From: Lama guanicoe
Taxonomy: Eukaryota
DNA: 64,000 bases
Assembly: GCA_013239625.1 (NCBI GenBank)
Contig: MU054098.1
Span: 2,667,104 to 2,731,103 of the forward strand
Direction: 5' to 3'
The translations under genes and the position numbers were made by a program. How positions within the stretch are numbered: position 1 is the stretch's first letter; each line of letters begins with the position of its first letter. The notes beneath the pieces are model-generated. The model saw only the letters and a list, made by a program, of their open reading frames with translations, was not told the DNA's origin and ran no database searches. This document shows positions 63,842 to 64,000 of this stretch, one piece after another.

Positions 63842-64000
63842 CTTTCAAACAAAGAAGCAAGTAAATGAGCTTCATAACCAAAGCAAAAAACCCAGTGTCT
63901 CCCACAGCACTCCCACAAATATCTAAAACTCTCAGATGTTTTCTTAGGACAAACCAAATGAATACAGGGAAGGAATTTCCATACTTTCAAAGGATGTACT

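Overview
This is mammalian X-chromosome DNA, almost certainly camelid (camel or alpaca), judged from tRNA-Ala-derived Vic-1-type SINEs. It is not microbial. The window holds the convergent 3' ends of two genes. On the + strand are the last four coding exons of TRPC5 (14791-18516, TRP box EWKFAR through the PDZ-binding VTTRL*), followed by a repeat-poor ~8 kb probable 3'UTR. On the - strand are the last twelve coding exons of the long ALG13 isoform (63841 down to 38946); all GT-AG junctions and reading phases are consistent. Most of the rest is transposon-derived: a near full-length but internally scrambled L1 with a 16-bp target-site duplication (TSD) between the genes, L1 tails, SINEs, hAT-Charlie and MER elements, LTR33, MLT1 (including a two-LTR MaLR), L2 and MIR. 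I found no convincing new protein-coding system. The least explained signals are a 160-bp poly(A)-tailed, TSD-flanked retrocopy that looks like an ERV LTR R region, two antisense promoter/first-exon-like modules in the TRPC5 intron, micro-inversions inside the L1, and unusual AAG/+9 tandem acceptors in ALG13. Repeat family names come from recalled consensus sequences and their boundaries are approximate.
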